DNA of 64,000 bases from Eledone cirrhosa (GCA_964016885.1 CAXHJY010000045.1:9724-73723); one strand, 5' to 3'; counted from the first letter of the stretch, positions 13,114 through 26,044 are shown. Notes: generated from the letters alone by a model not told the origin. Numbers and translations are program-made.

Positions 13114-14123
13114 AGGTAAAACGGGGATGATGATATATATGTATATGTAGTTTACCTATTGATAAACAAAGTAACATAAATTGTATATATATATATATAA
13201 TCACAATCATCATCATCATTTAACGTTCACTTTCCTGGTTACCAAAGGTTGGACAGGTTTACATAGGCCAAGTCAATACTGAAGCAGTGCTAGAGTACTC
13301 CAAGACAGGCTGGGTATGTGTATTTCACTTAGCTATGGTTTTACGTTCTCATGACTGACACAACTGAAGGGTTCTCTCAACTCTTTGTTTGATAAGCTTT
13401 CTATGACATAAGAAGCATGCATTTATGTATTTCAGAGGCATAGGTAATTTAATATTATTCTCAGGGATATTCAGCACCATAATATCTGTAACAATGCTAG
13501 ACATTTGAGTTGGGTCAGTTTAGGGTATGGTAGATGACATTTGCCCATGATGTGACACAGCATGACCAAAACTAGAATCTCATGAATGTGATGAGGCATA
13601 AATTATATATATAAGTGTGTATGTGTATGTATATGTATGTGTGTGCGTATGTATACATATATATGTGTGCATGTGTGTATACATATATATACACTATAAA
13701 AAGCAAAGACCATGGTAAATATGATGACTTTTAGTTAACAACACTGATAATTAATTAATTGGTAATTCTTCTTACTTACATGTGCTCCCTCTTTTAAAAC
13801 AGATAATGTTCATATAAGTGCTCTTCTTTCCATTTGATTTAATGTAAGTGCATAACTGTGTCTTACACTAAAATGTTTATATGTACACTTTAGCATAAAT
13901 ATTATCATTTTTGCTACACACAGTGATTATCAATTCCATTTAAGTTTCTCTCTCAAGGTATTTTACTTTTTACGTTATACTTTCCTGTAAATGGTTAAAT
14001 TAATACAATCTTCTTTAACTACAAAACTCAACTACTTTCATCTTTCTTCTGTGTTTCATTCACTATTTCATTATCTTAACGGGACTATCTTAACGGGACT
14101 AAGTAACTCAATTGATTGATCTA

Positions 14124-14244
14124 TATTTTCTGATGATATGAGAGGAGATGTTTTTGTCCCGTAGCAATAATTAATTGATTGACTGATTAATTTACTATTT
14201 TGATTGGTGCTATATCTATCCTTATAGAAACTATTGTAGAAATA
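14124..14244 (+). ncRNA. Type I hammerhead ribozyme with long stem II
   Basis: TATTTT CTGATGA(14130-36) TATGAG...CTTATA GAAA(14227-30) C TATT G TA(14238) GAAATA; canonical core, 6-bp stem I, 6-bp stem II base, 2-bp stem III. Confidence 0.72.
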
Positions 14245-14280
14245 AATGATTGAAATTCAACAACTAACTTATATATATAT

Positions 14281-16633
14281 AAGTAGAGAAGACTATCAAG
14301 TGGCCAGGCAGGAAGTTAGGAGAGAAGTGTACTTCGCAAGAAGGGAAGCAGAGGAAAGAAAGTTCAAGCATGTTCTACAACGCGAAGACCAAAAACGTGA
14401 GGTGTTCAGGATTGCTAGGCAATGTGTCAAGGAAAACCGTGATATTGTCGGGGAGAAGTGTGTTCTTAATGATGATGGCGTACTTGCCATCACTGATGCT
14501 GATAAGAAGGTAGCTTGGAAGTGTCAGTACGAAAGGCTACTAAATGAGGAGAATAAATGGGAGAAAGACAGTCTCCCCCACATCGACCCAATAGAGGGAC
14601 CAGCAGTGTTAGTCGAAGGTAGTATAATAAGTAAGGCAATCAAAGATATGAAGACGGGTAAGGCGGCTGGGCCTTCGGAAATAGTTGCTGAGATGTTGAA
14701 AGCCTCTGGAACGGTGGGACACACAATGGTCTCCCGGATAGTAAACCAAGTCATACAGAATGGGGTTGTTCCGAAGGACTGGCGTAGCAGCATCATCATT
14801 AACTGCTACAAGGGTAAAGGAGATGCCCTAGATAGGAGTAACTATAGAGGCATTAAATTAATTGACCAGGTCATGAAGGTCACGGAAAAAGTAATAGCGC
14901 AACTAATCAGAGAGAATGGATCTAGATGAAATGCAGTTCTGGTTTGTGGCAGGCAAAAGTACTACAGACGCTCTTTTCATTGTACGACAACTACAGGAGA
15001 AGTACCTAGCTAAAAGTAAACCCCTATACTTAGCTTTCGTAGACTTCGAGAAAGCCTTCGACAGATTCCCCCGTTCCATTATCTGGTGGGCTCTTAGAAA
15101 ACTAGGTGTTGATGAATGGCTTGTGAGAGCTATACAAGCCATGTATAAAGAAACAGTCAGCAAGGTTAGAATTAACAACGAATATAGTGAAGAGTTTAGC
15201 GTAAAAGTTGATGTTCATCAGGGCTCTGTTCTTAGCCCCCTACTATTTATTATTGCCCTTCCGGCTATAACAGTGGAGTTCAAGACCGGCTGCCCATGGG
15301 AACTCCTATACGCAGATGATCTAACGCTCATAGCTGAATCAATGGCTGAGCTAGAGAAGAAATTCCAAACATGGAAGCACGGCCTAGAATCAAAAGGCCT
15401 TAAAATTAACCTGGCTAAGACTAAAGTTCTAGTTTGTAGGAAAGAAAATAAGGTGCCGATCCCTTCCGGGAAATGGCCATGCTCAGTGTGTAGGAAAGGC
15501 GTAGGTAGAAACTCCAGTTTATGTCCCAAATGCAAAGTATGGGTGCATAAAAGATGTAGTGGATCATAGGTAAGCTAACTAAGAACATAGATTTTACATG
15601 TGGCCGGCGCTCTGGTGCAATAAGTAGCAGCAAGTGCCCACAAAATACTAGCTCTTTCAATTGCGCAGCGGGTTCTATAGAAATAGTGGACAGCTTCCGT
15701 TACCTGGGTGACAAAATCAGCAGTGGGGGAGGGTGCTCTGAAAGTACAGTAGCTAGAGTCAGAACTGGATGGAAAAAGTTCAGAGAGCTTATACCACTAT
15801 TAGCCGCTAAAGGGTTCTCCCTAAAAATGAAAGGCAGGCTGTATGATGCCTGCATACGAACAGCAATCTTGCATGGCAGTGAGACCTGGGCATTGTGTGC
15901 AGAGGATATACGCAGACTAGAGAGGAATGAAGCTTGCATGCTCCGCTGGATGTGTAATAGTAATATACGCGAACGGCAAAGCATAAACAAACTAAGGGAA
16001 AAATTAGAAATAAGAGGGATCAGATGTTGTTTACTCGAGAGAAGGCTACGTTGGTATGGTCACGTGATGCGCATGTATAAAAAAGTGCAAGGCAATAAAG
16101 ATAGACGGTAGCCACGGAGTAGGCAGACCCAGAAAAACCTGGGACGACCTGATAAACTCCGACCTCACACACTTACACCTCGCCAAGACAATGTCACTGG
16201 ACCGAGATCTTTGGCGGCACTCAGTAATAGAGAAGACCCGCCTTACCTAAATACAAAGTAAAACCTACTACAGTCAGTAGGCATCTCTAACAAAATACAC
16301 CCCCGTCCCACCACCCCACCCCATCCATCCCGCCTCTTTCAATGTAAAGTTATGTTGGTGCCACAACATCCAGGCCGAAACAAATGAGATCGTGTAGGTG
16401 TCACGACAAAAAAACACACAGTTCACGCTGTAATGTGGCCGTGCAGGCAACACGGTAAAAACCTCCCAGTCCCACACTGTAAATGTGGTTGGTGTTAGGA
16501 AGGGCATCCAGCTGTAGAAAACCTGCCAGACAGTCCTATGCGAGCAAGACAACCACTCTTGCCTCATGTGGGAAAACTGCCGTCCAAACCCATGCAAGCG
16601 TGGAACATGGACGTTAAACGATGATGATGATGA
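14281..16633 (+). mobile_element. 5'-truncated RTE-clade LINE, family A (RT pseudogene, 3' UTR, (GAT)n tail)
   Basis: ORF pieces 14246-14929, 14916-15569 and 15686-16111: KGKGDALDRSNYRGIKL, FVDFEKAFD, HQGSVLSPLLF, LLYADD, FRYLG, RRLRWYGHV. Confidence 0.95.
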
Positions 16634-16647
16634 TTATATATATATAT

Positions 16648-18420
16648 CCTCATCATCATCATCATTTAATGTCCGGATTTCCCTCCTTGCAAGGGTGGGA
16701 CGGCTCCTATTCAGCACAGCATTTCTCCACTTGTCCCGGTCCTTCATCATCTCCTCTGTGAGTTTCAGCATTCTGCGGTCTGCTCTCACCACCTCCGCCC
16801 ATGTTTTTCATGGTCGTCCTCTACTACGTCTTTCTTCTACTGGGATTTCTTGGCACTTCTTTACGTAGTGGTCATCCTCCATGCGCATCACATGTCTATA
16901 CCATCTCAGTCTTCTCTCCTGCACACCACAACTTATTCCTCTTATACCCAGTTTCTCTCTCAAATCATCTATGCTTGGTCGTTCATGCACATTGATATTG
17001 CACATCCAACGGGGCATGCTTGCTTCATTTCTCTCCAGCTGTCACATATCCTCTGTAGTTGCTGCCCATGTCTCATTACCATGCAGCATATAACTGGCCT
17101 GTCGTATGCAGGGAGGAACCCTTCTTTGTCATCAGAGGAAGTAGCTCCTTAAACTTCTTCCAACTCATCCTTATTCTAGATACTATGGCCTCGGAACACC
17201 CCCCTGCCATGCTAATCTGATTACATAGGTACCGGAAGCTATCAACCACTTCTATAGAACCCATCTGCATTTGAAAAATGTGTCTATCACTGCGATTACT
17301 ACTGTTTACTTTCCCTGTACATCTACTGCATACATAGTTTTCCCTACCTGTTAGTTTGCCTGCTATCCCACTACATCTCTTGTGTACCCAAGATCTGCAT
17401 TGCGTATAGTTTATAGAATTTATGCCAGTTCCTTTTCTACATATCGAACAAGGCCATTTCCCTGATGGAATCAGAGTTTTGTCCTCTTTTCTACTTATCA
17501 ATACTTTTGTCTTAGCTATGTTCACTCTCAGTCCTCTTGATTCCAACTGCTGTTTCATAGCCAGAATTTCTTCTCTAGATCCTCTACTCATTCTGCTATA
17601 AGAAGGAGATCATCAGCATAGAGAAGTTCCCATGGGCATCCAGTCTTAAACTCCTCTGTTATAGCTTGGCGGACTATAATGAACAAGAGCGGGCTGAGGA
17701 CCGAACCCTAATGTACTCCTACTTGTATCTGGAACTCCTCAATAAACTCCATTCCTACTCATTTTACTGACATCACCTCTGTACATAGCTTGCACTGTCC
17801 TCACAAGCCATTCCTCTACACCTAGTTTCCTTAGGGACCATCAGATGATAGATTGGGGTACCCTATCAAAGGCCTTCTCTAGGTCAACAAAAGCTAAGTA
17901 TAGTGGCTTATTCTTCTCTAAGAACCTCTCTTGTAGTTGTCTCACTAAGAGAAGGGCATCTGTTGTTCTTTTCCCAGGCACAAAACCAAACTGCATCTCA
18001 TCTAATTTGACCCTTTCTCTAATCAGTTGCGCTAATATTCTATCTGCCACTTTCATAACCTGATCCATCAGCTTTATGCCTCTATAATTGCTCCTCTCCA
18101 GAGCATCCCCTTTACCTTTGTAGCAATTTATGAGAATACTGCTGCACCAGTCTTTGGTTATGACACCACCATATATAGCTTGATTAATGATGCGTGCAAC
18201 TAGTTTAGTGCCTACTTCTCCTGATTCCTTCAGGATCTCAGCAACTATCCCCAACAGTCCACCAGCCTTACCATTCTTCATTTCCTTAATTGCCTCTTGG
18301 ACACTATATTCGTCAACCTCAAAAGCTGGTCCCTCTGTCGGGTCTACTGGAGGTAATTTCTCTCTCTCCCATTCGTTCTCCACATTCATCAGTCTCTCAT
18401 AATGATATTTCCAGGCCTCC
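16648..18420 (-). mobile_element. 5'-truncated RTE-clade LINE, family B (RT pseudogene)
   Basis: ORFs 17841-18485, 17076-17591 and 16808-17017: NYRGIKLMDQ, QFGFVPG, FVDLEKAFD, WELLYADD; (GAT)n tail faces the family A tail. Confidence 0.93.
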
Positions 18421-18433
18421 TTTTTTTTTATAG

Positions 18434-18976
18434 AGAATGAGGGGCTCATTCTAGTGACATGGCTTATAAAAGAGGCTGTTTGCATAATTGCAATCTAATT
18501 GAATATTATTATTAATATTAAAAAAACTCAGATTACATTTATTGTATTCAGCCATGTAGAGCGATAACTAGTTTGTTATTTGAATATGACAAAGCCGACA
18601 ATTAATTGCTCATATACATGAAACTGACTCGACTATCTGCTGATATGCAAATCTGGCTGATCAGTGGGTCTGCTAATATGCAGATCTGACTGATCAGCCT
18701 GTCTGCTAATATGCAAACTAGGCCAATCAGTCACTGTATATTTCAGAAAATATCATATATTTTCACTAGCTCTGACAGTTGGCAGGTAAGCAGTAAACGG
18801 TACTGATGAAGGGTAATCACCCAGAAACATTAGTTTATGCAGTTCTGTTTGCATGCCAACACAAGAGCTAGAATGAAGGGCTCATTCTACTGATATGTCT
18901 TATAAAAGAGGCTCTTTGCATAATTGCAAACAAATCAAATATTATTATTAATATTCAAAAAACTCAGATTACATTT
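18434..18976 (+). mobile_element. Non-coding element with 107-bp direct repeats and a hammerhead-like motif (retrozyme/pLTR-like)
   Basis: 18434-18540 repeated at 18870-18976; three 33-bp units at about 18635-18735; CTGATGA-GGGT/ACCC-GAAA motif at 18803-18827. Confidence 0.6.
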
Positions 18977-18980
18977 TTTA

Positions 18981-19043
<63 letters not shown>

Positions 19044-19047
<4 letters not shown>

Positions 19048-22000
19048 TCATCATCATCATCATCAACGTTTAACGTCCGTGTTCCACGCTTGCATGGGTT
19101 TGGACGGGGGTAGTCCCACTTGAGGCAAGAGTGATTGTCTTGCTCGCATAGGACTGTCTGGCAGGTTTTCTACAGTTGGATGCCCTTCCTAACACCAACC
19201 ACATTTACAGTGTGGGTCTGGGAGGTTTTTACCGTGTTGCCTACACGGCCACATTACAGCGTGGACTGTGTGTTTTTTTGTCGTGACACCTACACGATCT
19301 CATTTGTTTCGGCCTGGATGGCGCGGCACCAACATAACTTTACATAGAACGGGGTGGTGGCGGGACGGGGTGGGGGTGGTGGCGGGACGGGGTGTATTTT
19401 GTTAGAGATGCCTACTGGCAAGGCGGGTCTTCTCTGTTACTGAGTACCGCCAAAGGTCTCGGTCCAGTGACATTGTCTTGGAGAGGTGTAAGTGTGTGAG
19501 GTCGGAGTTTATCAGCTCATCCCAGGTTTTTCTAGGTCTGCCTATTCCGTGGCTACCGTCTATCTTTATTGCCCTGCACTTTGTTATACAGCTATCGACT
19601 TTCATGCGCATCACGTGTCCATACCAACGCAGCCTTCTCTCGAGTAAACAACATCTGATCCCTCTTATCTCTAATTTTTTCCTTAGTTCGTTTATGCTTT
19701 GCCGTTCACGTATATTACTGTTACACATCCAGCAGAGCATGCAAGCTTCGTTCCTCTCTAGTCTGCGTATATCCTCTGCACACAATGCCCAGGTCTCACT
19801 ACCATGCAACATTGCTGTTCGTATGCAGGCATCGTACAACCTGCCTTTCATTTTTAGGGAGAACCCTTTAGCAGCTAATAGTGGTATAAGCTCTCTGAAC
19901 TTTTTCCAACCAGTTCTGACTCTAGCTACAGTACTTTCAGAGCACCCTCCCCCTCTGCTGATTTTATCGCCCAGGTAACGGAGTAGGCAGACCCAGAAAA
20001 ACATGGGACGAGCTGATAAATTCCGACCTCACACGCTTACACCTCTCCAAGACAATGTCACTGGACCGAGACCTTTGGCGGTACTCAGTAATAGAGAAGA
20101 CCCGCCTTACCTAAATACAAAGTAAAAACCTACTACAGTCAGTAGGCACCTCTATCAAAACACACCCCCGTCCCACCACCTCCACCCCACCCACACCGCC
20201 CCTTTCAATGTAAAGTTATGTTGGTCCCACAACATCCAGGCCGAAACAAATGAGATCGTGTAGGTGTCACGACAAAAAACACACAGTCCACGCTGTAAAT
20301 GTGGCCGTGTAGGCAACACGGTAAAAACCTCCCAGCCCCACACTGTAAATGTGGTTGGTGTTAGGAAGGGCATCCAGCTGTAGAAAACCCGCCAGACAGT
20401 CCACGCTGTAATGTGGCCGTGTAGGCAACACGGTAAAAACCTCCCAGCCCCACACTGTAAATGTGGTTGGTGTTAGGAAGGGCATCCAACTGTAGAAAAC
20501 CCGCCAGACAGTCCTATGCGAGCAAGACAACCACTCTTGCCTCAAGTGGGAAAACCCCCGTCCAAACCCATGCAAGCGTGGAACACGGACGCTAAACCTG
20601 ATGATGATGATGATGTAACGGAAGCTGTCCACTATTTCTATAGAACCCTCTGCGCAATTGAAAGAGCTAGTATTTTGTGGGCACTTGCTGCTACTTATTG
20701 CACCAGAACACCGGCCACATGTAAAATCTATGTTCTTAGTTAGCTTACCTGTGATCCCACTACATCTTTTATGCACCCATACTTTGCATTTAGGACATAA
20801 AATGGAGTTTCTACCTACGCCTTTCCTACACACCGAGCACGACCATTTCCCAGAAGGGACCGCCGCCTTGTTTTCTTTCCTACAAACTAGAACTTTGGTC
20901 TTAGCCAGGTTAATTTTAAGTCCTTTTGACTCTAGGCCGTGCTTCCATGTTTGGAATTTCTTCTCTAGCTCGGCCATTGATTCCGCTATGAGTGTCAGGT
21001 CGTCTGCGTATAGGAGTTCCCATGGGCAGCCTGTCTTGAACTCCTCTGTTATAGCCTGAAGGGCAATAATAAATAGTAGGGGGCTGAGAACAGAGCCCTG
21101 ATGGACGCCAACTTTTACGCTAAACTCTTCACTATATTCGTTGTTAATTCTAACCTTGCTGACTGTTTCTTTATACATGGCTTGTATAGCCCTCACAAGC
21201 CATTCGTCAACGCCTAGTTTTCTAAGAGCCCACCAGATAATGGAGCGGGGACTCTGTCGAAGGTTTTCTCCAGGTCGACAAAAGCTAAGTAGAGGGGTTT
21301 ACCTTTAGCTAGGTACTTCTCCTGTAGTTGTCGTACTATGAAAAGAGCGTCTGTGGTGCTTTTGCCTGACACAAACCAGAACTGCATTTCATCTAGGTCA
21401 ATTCTCTCCCTGATTAGTTGCGCTATTACTTTTTCCGTGACCTTCATGACCTGGTCGATTAATTTAATGCCTCTATAGTTACTCCTATCTAGGGCGTCTC
21501 CTTTACCCTTATAACAGTTAACGATGATGCTGCTATGCCAGTCCTTCGGAACAACCCCATTCTGTACGACTTGGTTAACTATGCGGGTGACCATGGTGTG
21601 TCCCACCATGCCAGATGCCTTCAGCATCTCAGCAACTATTTCCGAAGGCCCAGCCGCCTTACCCGTCTTCATATCCTTGATTGCCTTACTTATTATACTC
21701 CCCTCGACTAACACTGCTGGTCCCTCTATCGGGTCGATATGGGGGAGACTGTCTTTCTCCCATTTATTCTCCTCATTTAGTAGCCTTTCATAGTGACACT
21801 TCCAAGCTACCTTCTTATCAGTGTCGGTGATGGCAAGTATGCCATCATCGTTAAGTACACACTTCTCCCCGACAATATCACGGTTTTCCTTGACGCATTG
21901 CCTAGCAATCCTGAACACCTCACGTTTTTGGTCATCGCGTTGTAGAACATGCTTGAACTTTCTTTCCTCAGCTTCCCTTCTTGCTAAGTACACTTCTCTC

Positions 22001-22884
22001 CTAGCTTCCCTCCTGGCCACTTGATAGTCTACTCTACTTCCCCCATCCCGCCATACTTTCCAAGCCTGCTTTTTGGCCTTAATTGACCCCTCCACCCTAC
22101 TGTTCCACCACCATGTTACTCTCCTCCTGCCTACAGGCCTGCTCCAGACACAGACTTCGCCTGTCGCCAACAGCAGGTTTGCTTTCAGAAATTCCCACTG
22201 TCCCTCTATATTGTCCGATTCTAGATGCTCTTCCTTACTGTCGAAAGCATCAAGTAATATGCTTTGAAATTTATTTCTGGCTGTGGGGTCCTTTAGTTTC
22301 CATATTTTCCTCCTGAGGATAGTCCTCTTCTGCTGTCGAGTACGTCTCATCCTGACTATGAGGTCGCTAATTATCAGTCTATGTTGGGAGGTGCATTCTT
22401 CATGGGGGAGGGATTTAGTGTTTACAACAGACACTCTGTCACGTCTTCTGGTAAGGATATAATCTACCTGGCTTGTGTGTTCCCCGGATCTATAGGTGAT
22501 CAGGTGATTGTCACGTTTTTTGAAGTTAGTGTTACAGACAGTTAGGTTATTTGCATCACAGAATTCCAGGATTCTGGAGCCTTCCTCATTTCTAGTACCA
22601 AACCCATAGCCTCCATGGATTTCGTCGTAGCCGTCACAATGTTGTCCAACGTGACCATTTAGGCCGCCTGCAATAATTATATAGTCACTGTCAGATATTT
22701 GGGAGGTAGTTATCAACAGTGTCTCATAGAATCTGTCTTTTATAGTGCCGGGCAGTCCGGATTGGGGTGCGTACGCAGATATTACTGTCACCGTAGTTCT
22801 ATTGAGGACAAGTCGTATTTTAATTATTCTGTCGTTCACTCTATTTACGTCTATTATCTTATCTGCCCACTTTTCTGCTACCAT
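19044..22884 (-). mobile_element. RTE family A copy (APE endonuclease C-half, RT, 3' UTR), interrupted by a nested insertion
   Basis: ORF 21214-22884 (SAYAPQ, GGLNGHVG, CNTNFKK, QVDYIL, SQHRLII, then RT); continued in 20267-21196 and 19402-19980; (GAT)n tail at about 19044. Confidence 0.95.
19983..20614 (+). mobile_element. Nested RTE family A 3' fragment with 8-bp TSD
   Basis: GTAACGGA at 19975-19982 and 20615-20622; (GAT)n tail; internal tandem duplication of about 113 bp. Confidence 0.88.
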
Positions 22885-24128
22885 GATATATATATATATA
22901 TTCAGAGAGATAGAGAGACGAACATTCTCTGATTTTCACTTCTGGGTGTAAAACTTGTATCCTCTAATTTTGCTGTATTCAGTCTTGATTTTGCTTTTAC
23001 TTTCTCTTTGAATTATATATTGAAACAATAGAATGGAAATAAATAAGAAGAATATATTTTTAATGCATCAATAATGTAATGAGTATCTGCTGTTTAGTAT
23101 TTTTCTGTGTAAGGAAAATGGGAAATTCTCTAGAGAACTGCAAGAAATTTCTACAAGTTACAATTAAGATTGGTTAATTGCTGTAAAAGAGCTAATTAGT
23201 TACTATTCTTAATTGGTATGATTTGGTTTCTATTTATTTTTTTTTATTTATTAATATGAGTAAAATATCTTGTATTTTGTTTTGATTTCACATTTAGCAG
23301 GTACTCAAGTGCATTTGTAATATCTTAATGAATGAAGTCTCGGATTAATTTTAGATAATGTTGAAGCTTCTTTTATGATTTATCATTCCTCCCTATTTTT
23401 TTTTAAGTTGATGAACTGGCATGTTAGACAAGGTCTGATTAATAAGCTTGCATTGGACCCATCAACATCGTCATCATTTAATATACATTTTCCTTGCTAG
23501 CAAGAGTCAGACAAGTCATAACAGACCATGTCAGTATATAAGCAGAGCTACTAAATTTTCAAATGAGCTGGAGAGCCCACATCATGCTTACATACATTCC
23601 CACATTCTGCTGAGTGCATAAAAATGTGTGGAACTGTTTTAATAGTTGTTGATCTCCTGCAGAGATCAACTTTAGCCTTTCATACTTTTGGACTCAATAT
23701 CATAAACTACATATTCAGGGGACAGTGGATTACTGGAATTGTTAGTGCTGGTTGTATTTGATCTATTCTTGAGAGGTAGATGTAATATGTTGCCTTGTTT
23801 AACAGCACCACCTGGTGCTTAGGTGCCTCCAGCAGAGTATATTTTGGAGAAAATATTGTGGCCATGTTAAACAATTTCCTCTCTTCTTCCTACCATTCTC
23901 ACAGGCCACCCCACCTATTCTAACAGGCCCTCCTCCTCTTCTTGAATAAATGGTAAAGAAAATAGTTATGCATCATGTTTGATGACATAAAAGACCTTTT
24001 TTTTTTCATCCAAAATTGTTAAAACAAAACTACCACACATGTTCGATGTGGTATCTGGTAGGTTAATATTTTTTTCCATAATCTCTGCTGAAATATATCT
24101 CGGGTTCTATATATCATAAAAAATTCTT

Positions 24129-24425
24129 CTAGTGAAAGGTAAACTATGCTAGTGAAGGACAAATCATATTGGTGAAGAGAAAATTATGCTACTGATAGGT
24201 AATTTATATTAATGAAGAACAAACCATACTAATGAAGGACAAACTATATTAGTGAAGGACAAGTAATTTTTGTGAAAAGCAAATTTCCTAAAATAGGATA
24301 TATCATGTTAGTAAAGACCAAATTATACTAGATCAAATCATGTTGGTGAAAGGCAATTCAAACAAGTAAAGGACAAATCATATTAGAGGAGGGAAAAGCA
24401 TGTAAGTGAATGATAAATCATAGTA
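24129..24425. repeat. Degenerate minisatellite, about 20-bp unit (CTAGTGAAGGACAAAYYATA-like)
   Basis: Roughly a dozen diverged units read directly. Confidence 0.75.
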
Positions 24426-24799
24426 AACTGCAAATGGTAAGCTCCATGTAGCTTACATATTCTGCATAGAATATATTACAAACCTAAATGCCTTCTAATA
24501 ATATAAAATAGAGAGATGAAGAAATTTGATGAACATAATAGAACAGACTTTTGATGTGCAGGCAATAATGCTACACACAAACTGCTCATTTACCACTGAA
24601 TATATAGAATCCAGAATAACACTTTAGACTAGATTATTAACCCAAACAATACACTTAACAGTACCATGAATTCTCATCTCAAATATATAATACTGACAGA
24701 AAGAGACAGGATTTGAACTGAAAATTCAGTGAATTGAAACAAATAACATGGCAATTAATCTGATGCCCTAACAGCTCCTTGCTACAGCCATGTATCTTT

Positions 24800-25860
24800 C
24801 CTTGTTGACCTCAACACTTGTATCAGAGTAGCAGCTGAGGAGATATACAATGTCAGGTTTGGTGACCTTACCTATTAGAAACAGTGGCCTTGGTTGCTGG
24901 CTTTGCTGGCGTTCCTTTCATCAGTAACCTCTTCCCGTGTCCTCATCAACAATGTTCTCTGCGACACAGTGTAATCCACTGTGATTGAGGAATGTGAGGC
25001 CACCTGTGAGACTTGGAACCAGCTTGGACTCCACCCAGTAGACATCCCCCTTCCTCTTGTAGATGTCAAATCTCCCCAGAGCATATGGGATGCCATCCAG
25101 TGTGACATAGCCTAAGACAGGCTAGTACCAGCTCAATCAGCAGTACCTTGCATGTTTTGCTTGGCCTTACAAGCGCATAGTGGTGCCTGGCTCAATACCT
25201 TACCCTCTTTTCTGACTGGCATGCAACTGGATAATGATAGCCTGGGAACTGGGGTTTCCTTGTGGTTTGACCTCTGGATCTGGGAGCCAAACATATGTTA
25301 CTCCAGATCCACTGTAGACTCTTTCAGCCTCCACCCGCTGTCCTGTTGCTACAGTGCTGGCTGCCTTCCATGCCTTGCTGCTCTCAATGAGATCATAAAA
25401 CATAGCTTGGATACTGCAGGCTTCACCTCTCAGCTCGAGCCAGTGGGGCTAGACCGAGGGGATGGCAAAAGGCCAGACAGTATGACTATCTTCCTGTTCT
25501 GTGGTGATAAACCTCTCATTTATGATGTCACATGCAGTGACACATTCTCTCGCAGCAACCTGGTGAAGTCAGTGTCTAACCCAGGCTCTGCTGCATTTTG
25601 GCCCGAGGAAGGTAACTTCTTCAAATATCGGTCGCTCTCTGACATGTTTGCAGTCGAGCCCATAGCAGTGGAGACTTCTAGGGCCACCTCCCTAGGGCCA
25701 CCATCGGCAAGGTGTTGGCTACCCTCAGGTGTGAACCTCATGAGCTGGAATGGCTCTTCCAGCACATCTCTCTCACTATCCTTTAGGTAAACACCTTCTG
25801 CATTCTGTCTGCCAGAGACAGGAGGCGGCCAGATCATGGGACCCCATTTGCTTATAATAG
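24800..25860 (+). mobile_element. CRE-type non-LTR retrotransposon 3' relic (zinc knuckle + restriction-like endonuclease)
   Basis: ORF 25152-25790: HSGAWLNTLPS, HPLSC, LNEIIKHSL, LEPVGLDRGDGKRPD, YDVTCSDT, KY, PIAVET. Confidence 0.82.
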
Positions 25861-26044
25861 TGAGAAATAGGGAGAGGGGGAGAGACAGAAGCAGTGACAT
25901 GGGTGTTTGGCTTCTTTCTATTTAGACCTGGTGTATATGTATATATTTATTTACCGCACCACATATTTCATACATATACAGATCTTAACCTGAATACTAA
26001 TAAGAACTGGCAAATTTGCATTTTAATAAGTTTTGCCAATTTGC

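Noticed and set aside
22922-23036. CATTCT-CTGATTT...GAAACAAT-AGAATG hammerhead-like layout
   Set aside because: Core and cleavage triplet are non-canonical and there is no stem II
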